Source: an uncultured bacterium (GTDB lineage: Bacteria > Verrucomicrobiota > Verrucomicrobiia > Verrucomicrobiales > DEV007). From it: a DNA stretch of 64,000 bases. A program made the translations under genes and the position numbers. Of this stretch, positions 36,758-46,305 are shown one piece after another. Each line of letters opens with the position of its first letter. Position 1 is the stretch's first letter. Where the stretch lies: NCBI GenBank assembly GCA_963977015.1, contig CAXBMO010000026.1:25784-89783 (forward strand), in the 5' to 3' direction. The notes beneath the pieces were generated by a model that made no database searches, was not told where the DNA came from, and saw only the letters and a list, made by a program, of their open reading frames with translations.

Positions 36758-38866
36758 ATGCAGTTATCCTTTCTCGTCCTCCCCTTTGTGGCCCTTGTTC
36801 TGGCCATTCCCCAGTCAGCTGTCGGAGGCGAGATGCGAACTTGGACGGACAATCAAGGACGCAAGGTCGATGCCGAAATGACCGGGTTTCGCGACGGGAA
36901 AGTGATGATGAAGCTGGCAAATGGGAAGAGCCTGGCGTTTCCCTTTGATCTGTTGAGCGAGATGGATCGCGGTTATGTGCGGGAGAACGCTCCAATCGAT
37001 CCCCGAACGGCAACGCGTCAGATCGACGTAATGGTGCTGGAGAAGCTGAAAGAGGCGAACGCGGAGATCAAGGAGAAGCAGCTCGCACTTCGCGACAACA
37101 CGAAGCTGAGCAGGGAGGACAAATTGAAGGAGCTGGAGAATCTCAAGTTTCGCGAGAAAATGACCTTCCCGACTCCGAGGACGAGTGATGAGCAGTTTCT
37201 GCGCCGGGTCTATCTGGATATCGCAGGCCGGATCCCGACTTACCAGGAGGCGAATGGCTTTTTGCGCGATGGAAACAAGAACAAGCGGGCGTTGCTGATC
37301 GATTCGCTGCTCGATTCCGAGGCGTTTGTCAGTCACTTTTTCAATTACCTGAGCGATCTGCTGCGAATTCGTGACGGGATCAGCATGGGCGGACTTGGCG
37401 AGTTGAAATCCGAGGCCTACGCCGAATGGATCAAGGACCAGATCCGCGCGAACACGCCCTGGGATGAGCTGGTGGAGGAATTGATCTCGGCGGAAGGCTA
37501 CTATTGGGAAAGCCCGGCGACCGGATATCTCCTGACGGATTACGGAATGGAGCTGTGCAACCTGTCGAACACCTTCACCGTGTTTACCGGCACGGAGATC
37601 ACCTGCGCGCAGTGTCACGACCACCCCTTTGAGGAAGTCTACCAGATGGACTTCTACAAGATGGCGGCGTTTTTTGGTCAGGTCGATTTCAAGAAGCAGG
37701 CCAACCCCGAGTTGAAGAAACAGCTCGACGCGAGGATCAAGCAACTGGATGCGGAAGCGAAGGCGAAGAAGGTCGATCTTCGCAATTTTTACGCTGCGGT
37801 CAGTGGGTTCGACTGGAGTCTCGGTGAGGGTGGGGCGAATAAAATCAAGCTTCCGTTCGATTACAAGTATGACGATGCGGATCCCAATCAGTCGGTCGCG
37901 CCGGCGACCTATTTTGGGGAGATCGTGGAGATGGAGGAATACGCGACGCCGCGCGAGGGGTTTGCGGACTGGCTGGTTTCCAAGGACAACCCGCGCTTCA
38001 CGATCAACATCGTCAACCGGATGTGGAAGCACGTCTTCGGGCTTGGTCAGATTGAGCCGGTGCACAACATTCCCGGTCACCTCGACGGCCAGGCCCAGAA
38101 CTACGAGTTGGTGAAGTTTCTGGAGCAACTCATGAAAGAGTTGGACTACGATTTGAAGGCGTTCCTGAGCATTCTCTACAAATCGCAGACCTATCAACGT
38201 GAGGCGAGCCACTCGTCACCCACCTTGACGATGATCGACAAGGGTGAGTATCACTTTCCCGCTCCGATCATGCGCCGATTGAGCGCCGAGCAGCTCTGGG
38301 ATTCGTTTGTGGCGATGTCGAATTCCGATCCTGAAGCGAACCAGCGCCGGATCCTCGAAGACTACCGGGCGATCATGAATACGGATTGGGCGAACCTGGA
38401 TTTGGAGATGGCAAAGGAAGTCGGTAAAGCGTATGCGAACCTCGGAAAAGGGGGCGCAATGATGGGGAACCAGAACAGGGGCAAGCTGAACCTGATCCGC
38501 GCGTCGGAACTGCCACTACCCTCCAATGTCGGCAGCTTTCTCTACACCTTTGGGCAATCCGACAAGCGTTACATCGAGAACGCCAGCAAAGTCGGCACGA
38601 TTCCCCAGGTCATGTTTCTGCTCAATGGCGATCTCACCAACAAGGTGCTCAGCGCATCTTCCGGAGCGGTGATTCAGTCCGCGAAAAGCGCAAGAAGCAA
38701 GACGGAGGGAATCGAGACGTGCTTTCTAAGCATCCTAAGCCGTCGACCCAAGGCGATGGATCGCGAATACGCCGAGATTTTGGTGAAGGGCGGTGATGCC
38801 GGCGCGGATTACTCCGATTTGGTTTGGGCCCTGCTCAACGTCCACGAATTCATGTTTATCCAATGA
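36758..38866 (+). CDS. DUF1549/DUF1553 protein with N-terminal SHD1-like domain
   Basis: MRTWTDNQGRKVDAE (SHD1-like), DEQFLRRVYLDIAGRIPT, CAQCHDHP (CxxCH), NRMWKHVFG, RRLSAEQLWDS, DLVWALLN. Confidence 0.88.
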   Translation: MQLSFLVLPFVALVLAIPQSAVGGEMRTWTDNQGRKVDAEMTGFRDGKVMMKLANGKSLAFPFDLLSEMDRGYVRENAPIDPRTATRQIDVMVLEKLKEANAEIKEKQLALRDNTKLSREDKLKELENLKFREKMTFPTPRTSDEQFLRRVYLDIAGRIPTYQEANGFLRDGNKNKRALLIDSLLDSEAFVSHFFNYLSDLLRIRDGISMGGLGELKSEAYAEWIKDQIRANTPWDELVEELISAEGYYWESPATGYLLTDYGMELCNLSNTFTVFTGTEITCAQCHDHPFEEVYQMDFYKMAAFFGQVDFKKQANPELKKQLDARIKQLDAEAKAKKVDLRNFYAAVSGFDWSLGEGGANKIKLPFDYKYDDADPNQSVAPATYFGEIVEMEEYATPREGFADWLVSKDNPRFTINIVNRMWKHVFGLGQIEPVHNIPGHLDGQAQNYELVKFLEQLMKELDYDLKAFLSILYKSQTYQREASHSSPTLTMIDKGEYHFPAPIMRRLSAEQLWDSFVAMSNSDPEANQRRILEDYRAIMNTDWANLDLEMAKEVGKAYANLGKGGAMMGNQNRGKLNLIRASELPLPSNVGSFLYTFGQSDKRYIENASKVGTIPQVMFLLNGDLTNKVLSASSGAVIQSAKSARSKTEGIETCFLSILSRRPKAMDREYAEILVKGGDAGADYSDLVWALLNVHEFMFIQ

Positions 38867-38911
38867 TCGACTGCGGGAGGAATTGTTGAATCTCCCAACC
38901 CCAATGCTGCT

Positions 38912-40171
38912 ATGAACGAACTTAACCACTTGGACCCAATTTCTCGCCGCCAGTTTGCGGAACGCACTGCCAAAGCCGCTCTCGGGCTAAGCCTGGTTCC
39001 CGCTGCGGATACCGTGCTGGCCGAAGCGCAGGGCAAAGCCAAGCACGTCATTTATCTCTACATGGCGGGCGGGATGACGCATTTGGACACGTTCGATCCG
39101 AAGCCCGGCGCCGACACCCAGGGCCAGACCGGCGCGGTGGAAACCGGCGTTCCGGGGATCAAGCTCAGTGAATATCTGCCGGGCATCGCGCAACGCTTCA
39201 AGGACGTCGCGGTGGTTCGGACGTTGACCCAAAAGACGGGTTCCCACGGGGGCGGCTCCTATTGGATGCAGACCGGTTATCAGGAAAGCGCCGCGATTCG
39301 CCATCCGAACATGGGAGCGTGGGCGCAGAAAATTCTGGGGCCGATGCACGATCAACTTCCGGACACGGTTTACATTGGCGGTGGCAATGAGCCTGGCGCC
39401 GGATTCCTGGGGCCGGCTTACGCGCCATTGCCAATCGGCGATCCCAGCCGTGGTCTTCCCAACTCCAAACTTCCCGTGCCGCAGAAGCGCATGGATGATC
39501 GGATGGAGGCGTTGGAGGGGCTGAATTCGCCATTCCTCAAAAAGTTTGGGAGCGATGACGTAAAGGCTTATGCCGAGTTTTATGACAACACGCTGGAATT
39601 CCTGCAGGGCAAAGATCTGGATGTCTTTAATCTCAGCAAGGAGCCCCGCGAAAAACGCGATGCCTATGGGAATGGCCGCTTTGGCCAAGGCCTCCTGTTG
39701 GCCCGTCGTCTCGTCGAAACCGGCGTCCGCTTTGTCAAGGTCACCAACGGAGGTTGGGACATGCACAACGGGCTTTGGACCAATGGCGTGGGAAGGATTG
39801 GAAGTATGGACAAGGGGGTCGCCACGTTGATTGATGATTTGAAGGCGATCGGCAAGTTCGATGAAACGCTCATTGTCGTGACGACCGAGTTTGGTAGAAC
39901 TCCGAAAATCAACGCCCGCGCGGGGCGCGATCATCACCCTCGCTGCTTCTCCGGAATGCTGGCAGGCGGCGGAATTGTTGGTGGCCAGGTATTCGGAGAA
40001 ACCGATGGCAAAGGTTACGCGATCAAAGAGGATCCCTGCACGCCGGAAGATTTCAATGCGACGATCGCGACAGCGCTTCAGCTGGACATGAACAAGCGCG
40101 TCTTTGCGCCGAACGGCCGACCGTTCCTCGTGGGGCACAAGGGCACGCCGATCAGTTCGTTTTTCGGGTAG
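38912..40171 (+). CDS. DUF1501 protein, Tat-exported
   Basis: SRRQF Tat motif, GGMTHLDTFDPKP, LLARRLVETGVRFV, GGWDMH, EFGRTP, GRDHH. Confidence 0.9.
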   Translation: MNELNHLDPISRRQFAERTAKAALGLSLVPAADTVLAEAQGKAKHVIYLYMAGGMTHLDTFDPKPGADTQGQTGAVETGVPGIKLSEYLPGIAQRFKDVAVVRTLTQKTGSHGGGSYWMQTGYQESAAIRHPNMGAWAQKILGPMHDQLPDTVYIGGGNEPGAGFLGPAYAPLPIGDPSRGLPNSKLPVPQKRMDDRMEALEGLNSPFLKKFGSDDVKAYAEFYDNTLEFLQGKDLDVFNLSKEPREKRDAYGNGRFGQGLLLARRLVETGVRFVKVTNGGWDMHNGLWTNGVGRIGSMDKGVATLIDDLKAIGKFDETLIVVTTEFGRTPKINARAGRDHHPRCFSGMLAGGGIVGGQVFGETDGKGYAIKEDPCTPEDFNATIATALQLDMNKRVFAPNGRPFLVGHKGTPISSFFG

Positions 40172-40295
40172 GGAAATCGAGCATTCCGCGGGCGACGTTT
40201 TTCCCGGATGAGCCGTAATAGGAGGGAAGGGGTGTTTGCAAAAATGCCGGACATCCTGTCACCTGATCAAATCCTCACCTTCCGAAAATCTCCCA

Positions 40296-41141
40296 ATGCT
40301 TGAGTTCCTCCAAGACAACGAACCGCTCGTTCGCATGTCGTGTTTTCTCGGCGTCCTGTCGATCATGGCGCTTTGGGAAATGATTGCCCCGCGACGGCAA
40401 CGCGAGATTCCGCGTCATTCCCGATGGCCGAGCAATCTCGGGATCGTCTTCCTGGATAGCTTCCTGGTTCGTCTCGTGTTTCCGGCCGCAGCCGTAGGAT
40501 TCGCCGTATTATCCGAGGAGAAAGGATGGGGCTTGCTCAGTGCCGTGGCTGTCCCCGGCTGGGTTGCGGTGCTGGTCTCCATCCTGGTGCTGGACCTGGT
40601 GATTTACCTGCAGCACGTCATGTTTCATGCGGTGCCGACCTTGTGGCGATTTCATCGCATGCATCATGCGGATCTGGAATTCGACGTCACCACCGGATTG
40701 CGCTTTCATCCTGTCGAGATTCTCATTTCGATGGGAATCAAAATCGCCGTCATTGCCGCGTTGGGTCCTCCGGCCGTTGCGGTCTTGCTCTTCGAAGTCA
40801 TCCTGAACGCTTCGGCCATGTTCAATCACAGCAATGTGCGACTACCCTTGAAGCTCGACCGCGTTTTGCGCTGGCTCATCGTCACGCCGGACATGCACCG
40901 CGTTCATCATTCCGTGCGGCGAAATGAAACCAACAGCAACTTCGGCTTCAACCTTCCGTGGTGGGACCGGCTCCTCGGCACCTACACCGCGCAACCCAAA
41001 AAGGGCCACGACGGGATGACCATTGGCATCGGCCAGTTTCGAAAGCGGCGCGAGTTGTGGCTGGATCGAATGCTGACCCAGCCGTTTCGTGAGAAGCCGA
41101 CCGGTTACCCAATCAATCGTGGGGGGGGAGAGAAGGACTGA
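40296..41141 (+). CDS. Sterol desaturase/fatty-acid hydroxylase family protein
   Basis: His boxes HVMFH, HRMHH, HSN, HRVHH; SNFGFNLPWWDRLLGTY. Confidence 0.88.
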   Translation: MLEFLQDNEPLVRMSCFLGVLSIMALWEMIAPRRQREIPRHSRWPSNLGIVFLDSFLVRLVFPAAAVGFAVLSEEKGWGLLSAVAVPGWVAVLVSILVLDLVIYLQHVMFHAVPTLWRFHRMHHADLEFDVTTGLRFHPVEILISMGIKIAVIAALGPPAVAVLLFEVILNASAMFNHSNVRLPLKLDRVLRWLIVTPDMHRVHHSVRRNETNSNFGFNLPWWDRLLGTYTAQPKKGHDGMTIGIGQFRKRRELWLDRMLTQPFREKPTGYPINRGGGEKD

Positions 41142-41159
41142 ATCACCAATCGGCGGCGA

Positions 41160-42593
41160 CTACCCTTTCCAATTCGGATTGGGGATCGGCAATTTCGCAT
41201 TCATCGATTCCAGGCGCACCCCGAGTTGGGCGTCGAGGTCACGCACCTTTTCCGGCATGGATGCGGACAAGTCGTGTTCTTCCCCGAGGTCGTCTGCCAG
41301 GTTGTAGAGTTCGGTAATCCCTTCCCAGAATTTGATCAGCTTGAAGTCACCCTTGCGGATGATGGAATAGGGACCGGGCGCATGGCGATAGTGCGGGAAA
41401 TGCCAGATCAGTTCATCGCGATCGACAGACTGTTCGCCTCCGCTTTTCAAATGGGCCAGGAAGGAAAGACCGTCGATTTCGCGATCTTTCGGGGCCTCCA
41501 ATCCGGCGGACTCGAGGATGGTCGGAAACAGGTCGATCGAACAGACCGGCGTCTCGGAAACCTTGCCCTCCGGCACGACTCCGGGCCAGCGAACGAGGAA
41601 CGGCACCCGGATTCCGCCTTCATAGCAATAGCCCTTTCCGCTGCGAAGCGGCGCATTCTCCGTCGGGCCGCCATTTCGATCCAAACCACCATTGTCGCTC
41701 GTGAAAATCACCATCGTCCGATCATCAATGCCTAACTCTTTCAGCGTAGCCAGAATGTCCCGCGTCGAATCGTCCACGCTCTCGACCATGGCCGCGTATT
41801 TTGCGTTGGCCGCCGTTTTCCCTTCCTGTTCATATTTCGCCGCGACCTCGGACAATGCCTGGATTGGCGTGTGAACGGCGTAATGGGAGACCTGGAGAAA
41901 GAAAGGCTCGTCTTTCCATTCCCGGATCAGCGCGACCGCTTCATCCGCTTCCCGATGCGTCAGATACTCGCCCTTTTTGCGTCCCGGCAACCCTGGAATC
42001 CCCGCCCGAATCATCTCATGCTTATGTTTGGGCTGGTTGTAGGGATCGAAAAAACTCGGGGGCTGTCCATAGTCGCACCCGCCGCGATTTTCTGCATATC
42101 CCTGCCCCTCCGGATACCACGCCTCATCGCCGAGATGCCATTTGCCGATATAACCGGTTTGGTAACCAGCCTCCTTCAGGATCTCGGCGATCGTCACCTC
42201 CTCGTGTTCCATCCAAAACGGATTGGGAGGGCAAAGCAGCTTGTTCTTCGGCCCGCCCACATAGTCGACCGGATTCTTTTCCGGCGTTCCCAATCCTCCG
42301 CGTTGAAACTGCGATCGAATCCAGTCCGTCACCCCGATGCGGCCCGGATAACGGCCCGTTTGCACCGCAGCCCTGGTTGGCGAACACACCGCGCAAGCAG
42401 CATATCCATTGGTGAAGCGCATCCCCTCATCGGCCAGGCGATCAATGTTGGGCGTCTTGTAGTAATCGCTGCCCTGGCAGGATAAATCCATCCAGCCCAT
42501 GTCATCGACGAGGATGAGAATGATGTTGGGTTGTTCCGCCTGCGCCGAAATCAGCAGAATGAAAGAGAAGAGGAAACTCAAAGGGGGCTTCAT
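41160..42593 (-). CDS. Formylglycine-dependent sulfatase (S1 family), exported
   Basis: PNIILILVDDMG, CSPTRAAVQTG, GKWHLG, SDNGG. Confidence 0.92.
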   Translation of the reverse strand: MKPPLSFLFSFILLISAQAEQPNIILILVDDMGWMDLSCQGSDYYKTPNIDRLADEGMRFTNGYAACAVCSPTRAAVQTGRYPGRIGVTDWIRSQFQRGGLGTPEKNPVDYVGGPKNKLLCPPNPFWMEHEEVTIAEILKEAGYQTGYIGKWHLGDEAWYPEGQGYAENRGGCDYGQPPSFFDPYNQPKHKHEMIRAGIPGLPGRKKGEYLTHREADEAVALIREWKDEPFFLQVSHYAVHTPIQALSEVAAKYEQEGKTAANAKYAAMVESVDDSTRDILATLKELGIDDRTMVIFTSDNGGLDRNGGPTENAPLRSGKGYCYEGGIRVPFLVRWPGVVPEGKVSETPVCSIDLFPTILESAGLEAPKDREIDGLSFLAHLKSGGEQSVDRDELIWHFPHYRHAPGPYSIIRKGDFKLIKFWEGITELYNLADDLGEEHDLSASMPEKVRDLDAQLGVRLESMNAKLPIPNPNWKG

Positions 42594-42994
42594 GAGATCG
42601 AACTCGAGCACGGGAAACCACTCTTGTCTATTGGGAGCAGCATCGGCCGTGATTTAAGTGATAGATCGACTTCCTCCACGTTCCTCAATTCGGAGGCTCT
42701 ACGCACTACTGGTAGAGGGAACGACCTGCTGGATGGTATCGAAAATCCCCAGGATTGTGTGGAAGGAAGAAGAGCGAATGGCACCCCTGTTAGCTTCCTG
42801 CCACCTGCCGCTGATCAACGTCTGCTCCGAAGGTGTCGTTGAATGCCATTCGGCAGAAACCTCAGAATATGCTTGCATCAAAAACAGGGATTCAGGAATA
42901 TCCACAGTCATAAGGAAGCTAGTGAGGAAGGAATTGGGACGCAAGGGGCATACCTGTTCTGGATTCGCATTCCATAGGTTGTTGCGACTTTTTT

Positions 42995-44158
42995 ATGACA
43001 GAAGGGCAATACTATTTTATCAGCTATTCAAGCCTCGATTCGGATGAAGCTAATGATCTCCGAGAAGGCTTGATCGCCCGGGGATGTCGGTGCTGGATGG
43101 CGCCATATGATCTGGCGCCAGGGTCCTTTTATCCTGTCGAAATCATCAAAGCCCTTAACCGGACAACAGTTTTCGTCCTGCTACTTTCGGCAAATTCGAA
43201 CGGTTCCTTTCACGTTCTTCGCGAAGTCGAAAGAGCCGCCAGTAAGCAAGTGAGATTGGTGACGGTTCGTCTTGATGATTGCGTGCTAACCGAGGGATTT
43301 GAGTACTTTCTTTCGATTTCCCAACAAATTCCCCGGCAAGGCGCTTTCGATGCAATTGTAGAATCCGCGCCCGCCCTCTCACTACCAGAAGCATCACGAA
43401 TGCTTCCCGCCGAGTCGCCCCTTCAAACCTGGCTTCGGGGACTGAGGGCAATGTGGAACCAACCCAAACAGGGGCAGGAACGCGCCGAGTCCGTAGCCCA
43501 ATATTTGTGCGGCAGTCCCTCACTGGATGACCTGGAGGCATCTTTGGGCGCTTCTGAGAGCTTGGCGAGAGAGCTGCTTCCCCTCACGGATGCCCAACTG
43601 AGGAGCTTTCTGCCAACATTCCATGAACCCTACGAGATTCTCGCCATTCAGACGATCTATTCGATGGTCACGGGAATTCCTCAAGAGATTCAGGTGAAGG
43701 ACATGCAATTTGTGCTGGTTCCTCCTGGGCACCACGTTCCGAGTCAACAGTCGAGCGATCGTCCTTATTATCTCTGCAAATCCCTTATCAAAGAGGAAAT
43801 TCTGCAATCGTCCAATGAGGTTCACCTTTCGATTTTGGAGATCCATCATTGGTTGACCGCTCAAAACCGTCACTTCCTGGACTGGATACTTGGGTTCCCT
43901 TCTGTGGAACAGTGGGAGTTTGCTTGTCACGCGGCCTCCGATCCCTCAGCCCTGGGATTCCAAGACTTCGTATGGTCTGCGTGGCAGCCTTGTGTGGCGG
44001 GAAGTAATTTTGTGATCAGTGGTGGTGCGGAGGATGGAGCTCCTCCGATTCTTACGAATTCACCTCCCCGTTCTGTTCCTGTCACGGAAACCATTCGTGA
44101 GCCCCGAATGAGTTTCAGGCCCATTTTAGAGGCTAAACCCCGACCCCTACAGCTTTGA
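42995..44158 (+). CDS. TIR-domain protein with degenerate C-terminal FGE-sulfatase (SUMF1)-like domain
   Basis: YFISYSSLD, CWMAPYDLAPG, FVLLLSANSNGSFHVLREVERA (TIR_2 with Glu); C-terminal MQFVLVPPG, FPSVEQWEFACHA, LGFQDFVWSAWQPC, SFRPI. Confidence 0.8.
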   Translation: MTEGQYYFISYSSLDSDEANDLREGLIARGCRCWMAPYDLAPGSFYPVEIIKALNRTTVFVLLLSANSNGSFHVLREVERAASKQVRLVTVRLDDCVLTEGFEYFLSISQQIPRQGAFDAIVESAPALSLPEASRMLPAESPLQTWLRGLRAMWNQPKQGQERAESVAQYLCGSPSLDDLEASLGASESLARELLPLTDAQLRSFLPTFHEPYEILAIQTIYSMVTGIPQEIQVKDMQFVLVPPGHHVPSQQSSDRPYYLCKSLIKEEILQSSNEVHLSILEIHHWLTAQNRHFLDWILGFPSVEQWEFACHAASDPSALGFQDFVWSAWQPCVAGSNFVISGGAEDGAPPILTNSPPRSVPVTETIREPRMSFRPILEAKPRPLQL

Positions 44159-46290
44159 ACAAATTCATGGCACTCCTGGTTCAATCCGTTGAGAAATCGC
44201 CTGAGAAGATGCGAATTCGAGCGACCGGATTCTTTAAGCCGTTGATTTTCGCGGTAGCATTGGTGTATGGACTTTGGGCGCTTCATACGCATGTAGGTTC
44301 ACCGATTGCCGAGGAGGATGTCTCGGGGTTCTTTAATCTTCCCGCCTTGCGCTTTAAGCTCTTTATGAGCGGGCCCATTCCAATGACCGTGCTGGGGTGC
44401 TTCCTTTTTGGGCTGCTCTATCTAATTGCCATTCACATTCGGGTGGCTCAAGCCCTCAACTTATCCTTCATTGCGGAGAGAGAAGTCTTGAAAGAGACCA
44501 ACAAGAAGTTTGAGGACGGAATGTTGTCGATTGAGGAACTCCTGAAGCGTGGAGCTTTGGATAAAAGTAAGACTGATGCATTGAAGTACATCCATCTGGA
44601 AAGAGAGCTCAAGGAGAGATACTCCAAGGGGTTGCTTGGCTATGTGGGTTACCGCTTTTACCGGCTTGTCAGGCGCTATAATGTTGATCATGATTTGACG
44701 GCTGTTCTGGCGGCAAAGGACGATATGTTGGCAAGTGATGAAGATGACATCGCTCGACGATTTATCGCGGTAAGTTGGGCTGAAGCTGCGCTTCCGCTAC
44801 TGGGGTTCCTTGGCACGGTCATGGGGATTGGAGAGGCCTTGGGAAGGATTCGCCAAGCGGTCATGTCCATGCTTGCAACCAAGAGCGAAGCCGTCGGAGA
44901 GGCCGATCCCGCCGCCAATGAGCATACCGTTACATTGTTCACTCAGGGGTTCCAGAACCTGGCCCTCGCTTTTGATACCACGTTTCTTGGTCTAATCGGG
45001 CTCCTGGTCCTTGGCTTGCTCCACACCAAACTCAAAAAGAATATTGCGCTTCAACTGGCGACGATCAGCAACGCTCTCAACGACATTGTCACCCAGTGGA
45101 AATCTGATAGTCCGGTAACTTTGGCCGTTGAGTCCTTACAAGGCGAAATGGTCACCATTCGGAGAATGTTCCAGCGCATTGAGAACCGCTTGGCCCAGGC
45201 TACCACGACTATCCTTGAAGAGGTTCACGACCCACCGTTCCCTTCCATTCGAAAAGCACTGATGCGTCCCTATGTCGAGTTCAGCCAGCTTGGAATGGAG
45301 CTCAAAACGAATTTTGAAAAATCGGTGAGTGAAGTTTTGGGTACGCGGAGTTTTGGAGTTACCGGTCTTGCCTCCATTCAGGGTACAAGTACGGGGTTTG
45401 TGGCAGCTGTTGAATCCGGAAAGGGGCGTCATATCTTTGCATTCCGGAATACCTCATCTGGCCTGATTCGGTGGAGCCATCCCATTGAGGGAGTTGTGCC
45501 GAGCTCCATTGCCAATGCACCGTCGCCAGAAGCCGCTATTTTTAGGAGCGAGAAAGGCGAAGTGCTTGCCCTGAGGGAGAACGGGAAACTCCATAAAATC
45601 ACGGACTACGCAGTTCAAAATTGTGGAGGGACCGCGATTCAGGATACGCCTTTTGTTGTCGTTCGAAACATCAATGGCAACTTTGAAGAGTTGCGGATTT
45701 TTCGGGGCGATGGCGATTTTTCCGAAGTCGATGCTCGGCAGTTGGAGCCGGGTTTTGGCCGGTCACTTGATGCGTTTCACGGCGAAGGTGCAATCGCCCT
45801 TGCAGGAGCAAATGTTGATCACCCCTCGACTTGGCGAATTGAAATTCTCCAAGTTTCTCGTGATTCCGCGGGTTCGGCAGGGATTACCGGGACCTCTTCC
45901 TTTACGGAATTTCAACCCGCTTCAGCTCTCAATTCCCTGCAAATGCTTTCAGGCTTTGAGGCTGTGGCGCTTGATAAGAAGGGACTGCTTTACTACTGGA
46001 ACGATCAACTCTCTCGTCCTCAGGTGCTGACTCACCCGGATTGGAGCAACCAACCGGGCCGGATCATCGCCGGACGAAGTGGATGGCTGGCGCGGGCCTC
46101 CAATGGAGAATTGGCAATGTGGCGAATCCAGCAAGGAAACCTTTCCCCCTATCGCGGGAAGAAATTCCATGTAGATGGGAAGCTCTTTGCTCCTACCGCA
46201 AATGGTAAGCAACTTCTGTTTGCGGAGCCTGGCTCGATTGTGGGATGGGAATTTCCTTCTGATCAACCACCTCAGGACGATCAATCCTGA
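44155..46290 (+). CDS. MotA/TolQ/ExbB proton-channel family protein with long beta-rich C-terminal extension
   Basis: Four hydrophobic segments incl. ALPLLGFLGTVMGI and LALAFDTTFLGL; ~400 aa C-terminal tail. TTG start overlaps the TIR stop (alternative ATG at 44167). Confidence 0.8.
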   Translation: MNKFMALLVQSVEKSPEKMRIRATGFFKPLIFAVALVYGLWALHTHVGSPIAEEDVSGFFNLPALRFKLFMSGPIPMTVLGCFLFGLLYLIAIHIRVAQALNLSFIAEREVLKETNKKFEDGMLSIEELLKRGALDKSKTDALKYIHLERELKERYSKGLLGYVGYRFYRLVRRYNVDHDLTAVLAAKDDMLASDEDDIARRFIAVSWAEAALPLLGFLGTVMGIGEALGRIRQAVMSMLATKSEAVGEADPAANEHTVTLFTQGFQNLALAFDTTFLGLIGLLVLGLLHTKLKKNIALQLATISNALNDIVTQWKSDSPVTLAVESLQGEMVTIRRMFQRIENRLAQATTTILEEVHDPPFPSIRKALMRPYVEFSQLGMELKTNFEKSVSEVLGTRSFGVTGLASIQGTSTGFVAAVESGKGRHIFAFRNTSSGLIRWSHPIEGVVPSSIANAPSPEAAIFRSEKGEVLALRENGKLHKITDYAVQNCGGTAIQDTPFVVVRNINGNFEELRIFRGDGDFSEVDARQLEPGFGRSLDAFHGEGAIALAGANVDHPSTWRIEILQVSRDSAGSAGITGTSSFTEFQPASALNSLQMLSGFEAVALDKKGLLYYWNDQLSRPQVLTHPDWSNQPGRIIAGRSGWLARASNGELAMWRIQQGNLSPYRGKKFHVDGKLFAPTANGKQLLFAEPGSIVGWEFPSDQPPQDDQS

Positions 46291-46305
46291 AAACATCCCA
46301 AAATC

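Noticed and set aside
43650-44158. Diversity-generating retroelement targeting the FGE-fold domain or the LRRs
   Set aside because: No reverse transcriptase and no template/variable repeat pair differing at adenines was seen in the window.
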